DNA from: Desulfobulbaceae bacterium
Lineage (GTDB): Bacteria > Desulfobacterota > Desulfobulbia > Desulfobulbales > SURF-16
Direction: 5' to 3'
NCBI GenBank assembly: GCA_024763115.1
Contig: JANTGB010000001.1
Location: 1-35,832, forward strand
DNA: 35,832 nt
Numbering within the stretch: position 1 is the stretch's first letter; the number at the start of each line of letters is the position of its first letter. The position numbers and the translations under genes are program-made. This document shows, in pieces, positions 24,961 through 32,858 of this stretch. The notes beneath the pieces are model-generated. The model saw nothing but the letters and a program-made list of their open reading frames with translations, made no database searches and was not told the DNA's origin.

Positions 24961-25527
24961 TTATTTCTTATACTTTTTATCCAGCATGGCCCGAACATCA
25001 TTACTGATATCTATTTCATCTGTTGCGTAAAGCAAGCCTATCCTTGAGCGTAAACCCTTTCTGGTGTTCTCCAGGATCAAGGTATAGTCCTTTGTCTTGC
25101 CGATTTCATTAATAACCTCATGCAACATTTTCAGGATAGGTTCCATTTCTTTTTTTTCAAGCTGCTTTAACTCAAACTGAGCATCTTCTGTTTTCAGTTT
25201 GTATTCCCGCATTTTTTTCTGGTAATCCCGTTCTTTTCCCTGGCGTATCTCATCGCTCCAGACAGAACCTTTTTTTTCTATTTCAAGTCGTAATGCTTCC
25301 AGATCATCCTGATCCTTTTTAAACTTATTCTGAAATTTTTGAACTTCGTTTTCCAGAACTTTCTGGGCATCCTGCCCGGCCTTTGATTGAGCCAGGACAT
25401 CTTGAAGACTGATAGTCGCAATTTTAACTTCGCCGGCAGATGAATCTTTAATTAAACCAAACATAAAAACTGAACAAACAACACAGACAACCATCAAAAT
25501 TTTATAAAAACGCATTAAATACTCCAT
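24961..25527 (-). CDS. OmpH/Skp-family periplasmic chaperone
   Basis: Signal or TM segment, then a long Lys/Glu/Gln-rich coiled coil (AQSKAGQDAQKVLENEVQKFQNKFKKDQDDLEALRLEIEKK...). Size and composition are typical of Skp, and it is adjacent to pal. Met5 (25515) is an alternative start. Confidence 0.7.
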   Translation of the reverse strand: MEYLMRFYKILMVVCVVCSVFMFGLIKDSSAGEVKIATISLQDVLAQSKAGQDAQKVLENEVQKFQNKFKKDQDDLEALRLEIEKKGSVWSDEIRQGKERDYQKKMREYKLKTEDAQFELKQLEKKEMEPILKMLHEVINEIGKTKDYTLILENTRKGLRSRIGLLYATDEIDISNDVRAMLDKKYKK

Positions 25528-25636
25528 TTTTTCTAGTCATAAAAAAAGAGCGCAAATTCTTATTTCTCCACAAGGGAGAGCAGACAATTTACACTCACGA
25601 AACAAAAAGGTGCTGAACTTATTTTTGCCAACTAGT

Positions 25637-25730
25637 AAAAACCTGTTTCACCATGAAGCGCATGAAGGATACGAAGAAAAAATGAAAAATCAACTTGTTA
25701 ACTTCATGCTCTTCATGAGCTTCATGGTGA
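25637..25730. repeat. Large imperfect inverted repeat built from CATGAAG-type sub-repeats, between pal and skp
   Basis: Left arm 25648-25676: tcaccatgaagcgcatgaaggatacgaag. The right arm 25702-25730 has the reverse complement tcaccatgaagctcatgaagagcatgaag. About 24/29 positions are complementary, with a 25-nt A-rich loop. It starts 11 nt after the pal stop. Confidence 0.85.
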
Positions 25731-25740
25731 GTTAAGTCTT

Positions 25741-26310
25741 TTAACGACTGAAGACAAAATCATCCCGCCGATTCTGGGCCCAGACAAACTCATCATGCCC
25801 ATGAACCAATGGTTTTTCCTCGCCATAACTGATGGTCATAATTCGACCGGCATCCACGCCGAGATTAGTTAAATATTTTTTGGCGCTCTGGGCCCGGCGC
25901 TCCCCAAGAGCCATATTATATTCCTGGGTGCCGCGCTCATCGCAATTTCCCTGAATTATAATTTCGGCTCGCATGTTATCCTTAAGAAAAGCGCCGTTTG
26001 TTTCTATCCGGCTGACCTGATCTTCCTTGATATTAGATTTGTCAAAATCAAAATATACCGGCAGCATTGGGGCATGAGTACGTGCCTCGGAAATTGTTCC
26101 GCCGAATTCCGGAGTAACCGGAGTTGAGGTAATTGATTCTTCGGTACCTGGGTTTTCTCCGACATCAACAACCACTTCAGCAACCGGTTGCTTCTCTGTA
26201 GACACGGCAGGCTCCGATTCGACTTGTTTTTTAGCACAACCTCCGGTTAATAAAGATATAGATACGACTACTGACCCTAATGCCAGGATATGAAATAACT
26301 TTTTTCGCAT
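25741..26310 (-). CDS. pal: Peptidoglycan-associated lipoprotein (OmpA-domain, Pal)
   Basis: Lipobox LLTGGC, a Pro/Glu/Thr-rich linker, and an OmpA-like domain (VYFDFDKSNI, IQGNCDERGTQEYNMALGERRA, YGEEKP). Confidence 0.85.
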   Translation of the reverse strand: MRKKLFHILALGSVVVSISLLTGGCAKKQVESEPAVSTEKQPVAEVVVDVGENPGTEESITSTPVTPEFGGTISEARTHAPMLPVYFDFDKSNIKEDQVSRIETNGAFLKDNMRAEIIIQGNCDERGTQEYNMALGERRAQSAKKYLTNLGVDAGRIMTISYGEEKPLVHGHDEFVWAQNRRDDFVFSR

Positions 26311-26588
26311 TTTTTCCTCCTTTTATGAACGAAAAACTTTCAATTATTTGAATTTTGACTGATTCTCAAAATAATGACAGGGCAAATAAGACAAACTTCT
26401 ACAAAAGCTATTACCCCAAAGATGTTTTTATTTTACAGGGAATTGAAACCTCGATGAAAGACACTAAAAAAAATAAAAACCGCAGGTTTTCATTTTGATG
26501 ATTTATAGGTTACACTATAAAAAACATCCTTGAAATTCAACGTTTTTTTACTATTTTTAAAAAGAAAATTCAAATTAGTGTTTAATTT

Positions 26589-28796
26589 ATGAAAAAAAAT
26601 CTTAACGCCCATATAGACCACGATGAAATTTCAGCAAAAATGATTTCAACTAATCAGTGGGGAACCTTTTTCGGCGTTTCCCAGGAGGTGCTGGATAGTG
26701 TATGGAAAAATTTAACAGATGCTGCCGGAAATTCAGTAACTTATATTTCCATGGAAATCGGAGCCGACCGGGATGTATATCATCCAATTAAAAATATGCT
26801 CCAGGAGCTGGATTTAGATGACAGTACCAATAAGATCCTGAACCATTACAGCAAATTATTTCTGTACGGGCCTGAAAAAATTCCTAACTACAGCGGTGGC
26901 CTGGGGATTCTTGCCGGCGACTCCCTGAAAAGTTTTGCCGACCTGAAAATACCTGTTACGGCGATTTCCCTGCTGTATAGAAAGGGATATTTTTCCCAGC
27001 TGGTGGATTCCCGTATAGGCCAGATAGTTACCGTAACGGAATGGTCGCCCGAGACTACTCCTTCCCTTTACCTGCTCAAAGACCCGGATAATCACAATTT
27101 ACCCCTGGAAATCCAGGTTCCTTTTTTTGATGAAAACGACAAACAGATTATGGCCCGTGCCCAGCTCTGGCTGAAAATGGAGGTCAGTAATAATCTGGAT
27201 TTTTTTGTTCCGGAAATTCTTCTTGATTATAGTATTCCCGCCTCACCGGCCTGCATCCGGGATGTGGGGCAACACCTGTATGACAGCAGTTCGGAAAGAA
27301 CAAAAATATTGCAACGCCGTCTGCTGGGCGCGGGAATCATTCCCACCATGGAGGCCCTGGGCATCACTTCAAAGACTATTCACCTGAATGAACAGCATGG
27401 AGTGGTGGTGGTTTTGCAATTAATCAGCAGGTGGCTGGAGAAAAAGCTTGGCCATGATTACCGGAACAAGGCCACTGACAATGATATAACTGCCGCCGCA
27501 GAAGAAGTCGCCAAAAACATTATCTTCACCATTCATACCCCGGTCAAGGCCGGTCACGACCGCTTTGACAAACAGATATTCGGTCAGATAGGCCATACTT
27601 TCTGCCAGAGGATTCTCCATATCCTGGCCAGTGACAGTGAACATCCTGATTTCTATAACTTCACAAATCTAGCTCTCCGGGTAAACCGTACCACGAACAG
27701 TGTCAGCAGGCTACATAAACTTGTTACTCAAAAACAATTTCCCCAATATGCTGAAAAAATTACTGCCATTACCAATGGCGTCCATCATCTTACCTGGATA
27801 AGTCAGGCCAAGGCTGAAGTATATAACTCCTTTTTCGAACTGAAAAACTGGCAGGACAGACCGGATGTTTTCGCTAATGCCGGACTGCTGTTCAATAACA
27901 AGAAATTCCGAACCTATCTTGAAGAGGCCTGGCATTCCGACACCAAAAGTCTTACGGATTATATCAACAATATGCTGGTTGAACATCGTAAGCAGATGCA
28001 TGAGACCTGGATTGATCCGCCGAATTATCTTTCCCATCTGGATACCGGGGACAGAAACTTGAATCCCGACGTTTTTACCATTGGCTTTGCCCGTCGTTTT
28101 TCCACCTACAAACGGGCGGATCTTATTTTTGAAGACATTGACATCCTGGCCGATATAATTGTCAGTAAAAACTTTCCGGTTAACTTTGTCTTTGCCGGCA
28201 AGGCTCACCCTTCGGATGATCCCGGCCAATCGCTGATAAAACTTATCCTTGATATCCAGGAAGACCTGTACCGCAAATCAAATGGCCTGGCCAAGGTAGT
28301 ATTTATCCCCGGTTATGATATGAAAATCGCCAAAATGATGGTCAGCGGCGTCCATGCCTGGTTGAACAACCCCAAACGTCCCCTTGAGGCCAGCGGTACC
28401 AGCGGGATGAAGGCCGCCTTAAACGGTATTCCCAATATAAGTACTATGGATGGCTGGTGGGTTGAGGGTTATCACGACGGCCTGACCGGCTGGAAATTCG
28501 GCTACGAGTCAGGTATTGATGAAAATTCGTTCAGTGAAGCCCCTTCAGCTCTCCTTTACGCTGAAGATTCAGCCTCTTTTTACCGGGTCTTTGTCAAAAT
28601 TCTTGAAATGTTCTATACTCCGGAACTTCATCCCCGGTATATTGATAAATGCATAATGAATCTCAAACTGAACTCACCAATCTTCAACAGCCACCGGATG
28701 GCAGCGGAATATTGCAAGCGTTACCAGTTGAAATTGCCCCCCCAGGTTAATAAAAAGCTGAAAAATTTACGAAAAATTTACAACTCGGATCTGTAA
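26589..28796 (+). CDS. glgP: Alpha-glucan (glycogen/maltodextrin) phosphorylase, GT35 family
   Basis: GGLGILAGD near the N-terminus, FAGKAHP, and the PLP-lysine motif EASGTSGMKAALNG. The length is 735 aa. Confidence 0.85.
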   Translation: MKKNLNAHIDHDEISAKMISTNQWGTFFGVSQEVLDSVWKNLTDAAGNSVTYISMEIGADRDVYHPIKNMLQELDLDDSTNKILNHYSKLFLYGPEKIPNYSGGLGILAGDSLKSFADLKIPVTAISLLYRKGYFSQLVDSRIGQIVTVTEWSPETTPSLYLLKDPDNHNLPLEIQVPFFDENDKQIMARAQLWLKMEVSNNLDFFVPEILLDYSIPASPACIRDVGQHLYDSSSERTKILQRRLLGAGIIPTMEALGITSKTIHLNEQHGVVVVLQLISRWLEKKLGHDYRNKATDNDITAAAEEVAKNIIFTIHTPVKAGHDRFDKQIFGQIGHTFCQRILHILASDSEHPDFYNFTNLALRVNRTTNSVSRLHKLVTQKQFPQYAEKITAITNGVHHLTWISQAKAEVYNSFFELKNWQDRPDVFANAGLLFNNKKFRTYLEEAWHSDTKSLTDYINNMLVEHRKQMHETWIDPPNYLSHLDTGDRNLNPDVFTIGFARRFSTYKRADLIFEDIDILADIIVSKNFPVNFVFAGKAHPSDDPGQSLIKLILDIQEDLYRKSNGLAKVVFIPGYDMKIAKMMVSGVHAWLNNPKRPLEASGTSGMKAALNGIPNISTMDGWWVEGYHDGLTGWKFGYESGIDENSFSEAPSALLYAEDSASFYRVFVKILEMFYTPELHPRYIDKCIMNLKLNSPIFNSHRMAAEYCKRYQLKLPPQVNKKLKNLRKIYNSDL

Positions 28797-28803
28797 AGAA
28801 TTT

Positions 28804-28838
28804 GTAACTGGTCAGCCGCACTTCAGCTGAACAGTTAC
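28804..28838. repeat. Hairpin made of two inverted GTAACTG half-cores, 8 nt after the glgP stop
   Basis: gtaactggtcagc (28804-28816) pairs with gctgaacagttac (28826-28838) at 12/13, with a 9-nt loop. No U-tract follows, so it is terminator-like but not canonical. Confidence 0.7.
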
Positions 28839-28844
28839 AGGGCA

Positions 28845-28886
28845 ATGGTTTGAGCAGTTTTTCGACTCTTGCTTAATAATTGCAAA
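28845..28886 (+). repeat. Interspersed repeat module R8, copy 2
   Basis: See 17530-17571. Confidence 0.75.
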
Positions 28887-28926
28887 AAATTTTCATGATT
28901 CCGGCCTGATTACCGATAAGCGGATC

Positions 28927-28968
28927 AGATATCGGAAGACGGAAGACAGAGAACGTAAGACGGAAAGT
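28927..28968 (+). repeat. Heptanucleotide tandem array (6 units, purine strand = + strand)
   Basis: The units are agatatc ggaagac ggaagac agagaac gtaagac ggaaagt. The array ends 24 nt upstream of ATG 28993. Confidence 0.85.
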
Positions 28969-28992
28969 TGATTTAATCCAGAGGAGAAATAA

Positions 28993-29877
28993 ATGAGCCA
29001 GGCAATCCGGAACCAGACAAACCTACCGGTAATGAACCTACCCTGTGGCTCGCGAAACTGCTGCCGCAAAGCCGGGGAATTTTCCTATCAGGAAGCTAAA
29101 TCAGCCGCAATATCCATTACTACGGATGAAGGCGATGTAGTGAGTCTTTCCAGCGCCGGCATCCGGGAAGCTGAATTTGCCCTTGATTATTGGCAGGACG
29201 ACAGGGGAAAATTAATGAATTTCACCACTACAAGTCTTAATGCCGGTTCATTCAACCTCTCGGTCGAGGGCGACTTAAACGAAGAAGAACTTCATGATAT
29301 CGGCATATTAATGGAAGATTTAACTGCTATTGCCGGCGATTTCTTCAACGGTAATCTTGAGGAGGCAATGACCGGCGCTTTAAATATCGGCGACCTGGGT
29401 TCCCTGGCAACTCTTTCCGCTACATTTAATCATTCTCTGGCGCTCAGCTCAAGTTATCTCAGTGAAAATCATCCCCTGCCGGCTGATGACCGGATTAAAG
29501 GTATGGCTGACGATTTCAAAGAACTGCTTAAAAATGAGGATCAGGATCTCTCATATGCGGAAATGATGCGGGCCCAATGGCAACAGATCAAAAACTTTAT
29601 TGAAGATATTCAGCAGGATGCCGGCCTGGAAGCGGAGAAAGAAAAAGCAAAGGCAACTGCCGGTGACGACAGCAATCTCAGCCCGATTGAAAAAATGATC
29701 GAAAAAATCAACAGGTTCAGCGGCAAACATCCTCGCCTTGCCGCCTTTTCCGCTCCGCTGGCCCACCAGGCAGTAAATGAGGCGGCACACCAATTTCCTT
29801 TACTGCCAACATCAGGTCTGCGCGATGGTATCAACCATGAAATCATGCAGAAAACTAATGACTGGATGACGGCCTGA
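28993..29877 (+). CDS. Hypothetical acidic protein (no recognisable domain)
   Basis: 294-codon ORF with a gaggag Shine-Dalgarno 7 nt upstream. Its stop lies 10 nt before the next gene. I could not assign any motif. The N-terminus has CGSRNCC, the middle is Asp/Glu/Leu-rich, and there is no signal peptide. Confidence 0.55.
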   Translation: MSQAIRNQTNLPVMNLPCGSRNCCRKAGEFSYQEAKSAAISITTDEGDVVSLSSAGIREAEFALDYWQDDRGKLMNFTTTSLNAGSFNLSVEGDLNEEELHDIGILMEDLTAIAGDFFNGNLEEAMTGALNIGDLGSLATLSATFNHSLALSSSYLSENHPLPADDRIKGMADDFKELLKNEDQDLSYAEMMRAQWQQIKNFIEDIQQDAGLEAEKEKAKATAGDDSNLSPIEKMIEKINRFSGKHPRLAAFSAPLAHQAVNEAAHQFPLLPTSGLRDGINHEIMQKTNDWMTA

Positions 29878-29887
29878 TCCGTCCATC

Positions 29888-30700
29888 ATGTGGAAATCAA
29901 AAGAAGTTTATTACATCTCAGACAGCACCGGCATTCTGGTCAGTAATATAGGCCGGGCAATTCTCTGCCAGTTCCCGGAAATAAGCTTCCAGGAAGAGCG
30001 CATTCCCTATGTCACCACTGTTGACCAGGCCGGAAAAGTTCTAAAAAAAATTTTAAAGCAATCCGCCGGCAGACGGCCACTGATTTTCTCGACAATTATT
30101 GATCCCAGGGTGCGGGAGGTTCTGCGCTCATCATCAGAGATAGAATATTTCGATCCTCTGGAATCATTGCTGGAAGGGCTGGAAAACAGCCTTGAAGCCA
30201 AGGCCCTGCGGGTACCTGGTTTTTCTCACCATATAAGCGATGTTTTAATGAATCGCCGGGTGGAGGCAATCCACTTCTGCCTGGATCATGACGATGGACA
30301 GAAACCGGATCAATATAATGATGCGGAGGTAATTATTTTAGGCGTTTCCCGTTCCGGCAAAACCCCGGTCAGTGTCTACCTTGCCACCCAGATGGGAATA
30401 AAATCAGCCAATTTTCCCTTAACCTCGGAATATCTTGACAGGTACCGCCTGCCGTCGGGAATTATCGCGAACATCAAACGAACCGTGGGCCTGACTATTA
30501 CCCCGGAATTACTGCACAGCATCAGGGAAAAAAGATATCCTGCCAGTAGTTATGCCAAACTTGCCACCTGCCGGGAAGAAATCCAGCAGGCCAAACAGAT
30601 TTACCTCAAATATAAAATCCCGGTTATCAAATCCTCCGGCAAATCAATTGAAGAAATTGCCACCCAGATATCCCAGCATCTCGAACTTACGAAGATTTAA
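29888..30700 (+). CDS. PEP synthase / pyruvate,phosphate dikinase regulatory protein (DUF299 bifunctional kinase-pyrophosphorylase)
   Basis: VYYISDSTGI at the N-terminus, the P-loop ILGVSRSGKTPVSVYLA, and a length of 270 aa are characteristic of the PpsR/PDRP family. Confidence 0.85.
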   Translation: MWKSKEVYYISDSTGILVSNIGRAILCQFPEISFQEERIPYVTTVDQAGKVLKKILKQSAGRRPLIFSTIIDPRVREVLRSSSEIEYFDPLESLLEGLENSLEAKALRVPGFSHHISDVLMNRRVEAIHFCLDHDDGQKPDQYNDAEVIILGVSRSGKTPVSVYLATQMGIKSANFPLTSEYLDRYRLPSGIIANIKRTVGLTITPELLHSIREKRYPASSYAKLATCREEIQQAKQIYLKYKIPVIKSSGKSIEEIATQISQHLELTKI

Positions 30701-30848
30701 AGGCTGCAACAGCAGTTCTTGACTTCACAGCCGTCTTCCGCCCGACATAATCCCTGACAAAATAACCGGCCAGAACTCCGCCGATAATTCCAGCGGATAT
30801 TCTGACGACTGTTGCGCTTAGCCCCAGTAGACCAACCTTCCTTTTCAT
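30687..30848 (-). CDS. Small (53 aa) predicted membrane protein, not in the supplied ORF track
   Basis: The product is MKRKVGLLGLSATVVRISAGIIGGVLAGYFVRDYVGRKTAVKSRTAVAAFKSS, with one hydrophobic segment. Its ATG overlaps the stop of the upstream gene (ATGA at 30848-30845). Its 3' end overlaps the convergent gene ending at 30700 by 14 nt. Confidence 0.4.
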   Translation of the reverse strand: MKRKVGLLGLSATVVRISAGIIGGVLAGYFVRDYVGRKTAVKSRTAVAAFKSS

Positions 30849-31375
30849 CTATTAATCCCCATTTCCGCCAGCAACACCTGCTCAAGCTCATACTGTTTCC
30901 TGAGTACGGCTGAGGCGGCTTTTTCCAACTCAAGAATAACCTGCGAAGGGTTAGCGGTTAAAATCTGTTGACAGTTATAATTAAGGCAGAACATGGGCTT
31001 TACCATTAAAATACAGCCCCTGTCACCCAGGTAACAGCATTCAAATGAATCATCGCGCTGTTTCCGCACATCCACCCCAAGCAAAAGATTGATCAGCAGC
31101 AGGACAGCATCTGTTTCATTGGCCATATAGGCGCTGCAGCACCCGCCATTCTTTTTTTGTCCACAGGCCGCACAGAGAGAAAACATGGTCATGGAGGCCA
31201 TCTGCTGCTTAAGGACATTGGCCAAAGTAACAAGGTCGGCAAGTTTCTCTTTTATTTCCGGGAGGAGTGCTGTGCCGGGCCCCATTTCCCGAAATATCCT
31301 ATGAGCATTGCGCCTCTTCTGTTCGACGCTGCTGTAAAAAAGGTCATCAAGGCTGAACATTTCAGAAGCAGTCAA
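30845..31375 (-). CDS. Cys-rich protein, possibly YkgJ/UPF0153 (CxxCxxCC-type) metal-binding family
   Basis: CAACGQKKNGGCC, then ECCYLGDRGCILMVKPMFCLNYNC. This resembles the C-x2-C-G..CC ... C-x-(I/L)...(R/K)P..C pattern of that family. The start is TTG 31375 or ATG 31360. Confidence 0.45.
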   Translation of the reverse strand: MTASEMFSLDDLFYSSVEQKRRNAHRIFREMGPGTALLPEIKEKLADLVTLANVLKQQMASMTMFSLCAACGQKKNGGCCSAYMANETDAVLLLINLLLGVDVRKQRDDSFECCYLGDRGCILMVKPMFCLNYNCQQILTANPSQVILELEKAASAVLRKQYELEQVLLAEMGINR

Positions 31376-31386
31376 TGCAGATCCGG

Positions 31387-32349
31387 CTACAGAGAGGTTT
31401 CAGCATCGGCAAGTCTCTTCAGACAGTTGTCAAGACTTTCCGGCTTGTCTACCTGAAGGCAGATACATTCGTGTCCTTTAGGCAGAATTTTCTTTATCAG
31501 TCCGGTCAGTACTGTTTTCGGCCCGACTTCGATAAAAACTCTTACGCCATTTTCATACATATTGATAATAATATCATACCACCTGACCATGGATGAAATC
31601 TGGCGGGCCATAATATCCCTGATTTTGTCAGGAACTGACTCCGGCATGGCGGTTACATTAAAATAAACCGTCCCGGTCGGCGACTTGAAATCAGCCTGGG
31701 CAATGGCTTTAGTAAAATCAGGCACGGCTCCGGCGATTAACGGGCTGTGCCAGGCCCCGCTCACCGGCAGGGGAATGGCCCTGCCCTTTTGCCGAGCCAC
31801 CTCTGCCGCCGCTGCCTCAAGCGCTGCCTTTTCGCCGGAAATAACTATCTGTCTGGCGGAATTATAATTGGCCGCAGTGAGTACTCCTTTATCCGTGATA
31901 CCGGAGACAATATCTTCAACCCGGTTAAGATCAAGTTTCAAGACCGCCAGCATGGAACCGGGATTGGCCGCGCTTTCCCGTTCCATGAGCCTGCCCCTTT
32001 CCGTGACCAGGCGCAGGGTATCCGCCGGGCTCAAGACCCCGGCGCCAGCCAGGGCGCCATACTCGCCCAGGCTGTGACCGGCAAAAAAATCACCCCTGAT
32101 TCCGGCCTTTTCCACCATGCGCCGGCAGATAAGATTCATCACGGTCATGGCGGGCTGCAAATACAGGGTACGGGTCAGATCCTCCATGGGCCCGTCCAGG
32201 CATAATTTTTTCAGAGGAAAACCGCTTACCTCTTCAGCCATGGCCAGCAGGTCACGGCATCCCTCATCTTCTTCAAGAAATTCCCGGCCCATGCCTACAT
32301 ACTGCGAGCCCTGGCCCGGAAAAATAAATGCTGTTTTATTCACTGTCAT
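31387..32349 (-). CDS. fabD: Malonyl CoA-acyl carrier protein transacylase
   Basis: FIFPGQGSQYVGMG, the active-site motif GHSLGEY, and AWHSPL. ATG 32349 lies inside a heptamer repeat unit. GTG 32343 is an alternative start. Confidence 0.9.
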   Translation of the reverse strand: MTVNKTAFIFPGQGSQYVGMGREFLEEDEGCRDLLAMAEEVSGFPLKKLCLDGPMEDLTRTLYLQPAMTVMNLICRRMVEKAGIRGDFFAGHSLGEYGALAGAGVLSPADTLRLVTERGRLMERESAANPGSMLAVLKLDLNRVEDIVSGITDKGVLTAANYNSARQIVISGEKAALEAAAAEVARQKGRAIPLPVSGAWHSPLIAGAVPDFTKAIAQADFKSPTGTVYFNVTAMPESVPDKIRDIMARQISSMVRWYDIIINMYENGVRVFIEVGPKTVLTGLIKKILPKGHECICLQVDKPESLDNCLKRLADAETSL

Positions 32350-32857
32350 CTGTCTTCCGTCCTCTGTCTTCCGGCTTTCGGCTTCTGATATCCACCAGCA
32401 AAAACATGCCCACGCCGATACAAATTGCCGAATCAGCTACATTAAAAGGCGGCCAATGGCACCCCTTAATATAAAAATCAAGAAAATCAACCACAAAGCC
32501 GAAACGAAGCCGATCAATGAGATTCCCCACGGCCCCGCCGGCGATCAGTCCCAAGCTGTAACTATAAATGACTGATTTATGACGGAAATGCCTTAAGGCA
32601 GCCCCGATAAAAACCAGGGCGGCCAGGGTAATCACCACAAAAAAAATCTGCCGCCACCAGCCATGATCACCGGCCAGGAAACCAAAAGCCGCCCCATTGT
32701 TATGCAGATAGGTCAGATTGAAAAAACCGGGGATTATCTCCCGGCTCTCAAAAAGGACAAAACTGCTTCTTATCTGCCATTTACTTAACCGGTCAAAAAC
32801 AACAACCAGAAAAATAACCAGCAGAGGAGCAGTCAAAGTTGATTTCCCGGCAGTCAT
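32336..32857 (-). CDS. lspA: Lipoprotein signal peptidase (signal peptidase II)
   Basis: FDRLSKW, NNGAAFGFL, GGAVGNLIDR and VVDFLDF...FNVADSAI. ATG 32857 lies 1 nt after the ileS stop (TGA 32861-32859), the classic ileS-lspA arrangement. The last 17 codons (DIRSRKPEDRGRKTDDSE) are encoded by the heptamer array. Confidence 0.85.
   Translation of the reverse strand: MTAGKSTLTAPLLVIFLVVVFDRLSKWQIRSSFVLFESREIIPGFFNLTYLHNNGAAFGFLAGDHGWWRQIFFVVITLAALVFIGAALRHFRHKSVIYSYSLGLIAGGAVGNLIDRLRFGFVVDFLDFYIKGCHWPPFNVADSAICIGVGMFLLVDIRSRKPEDRGRKTDDSE
32345..32393 (-). repeat. Heptanucleotide tandem array (7 units, purine strand = minus strand) spanning the lspA 3' end and the fabD start
   Basis: Plus strand: gtcatct gtcttcc gtcctct gtcttcc ggctttc ggcttct gatatcc. 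Minus strand: ggatatc agaagcc gaaagcc ggaagac agaggac ggaagac agATGac. Confidence 0.9.
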
Positions 32858-32858
32858 C

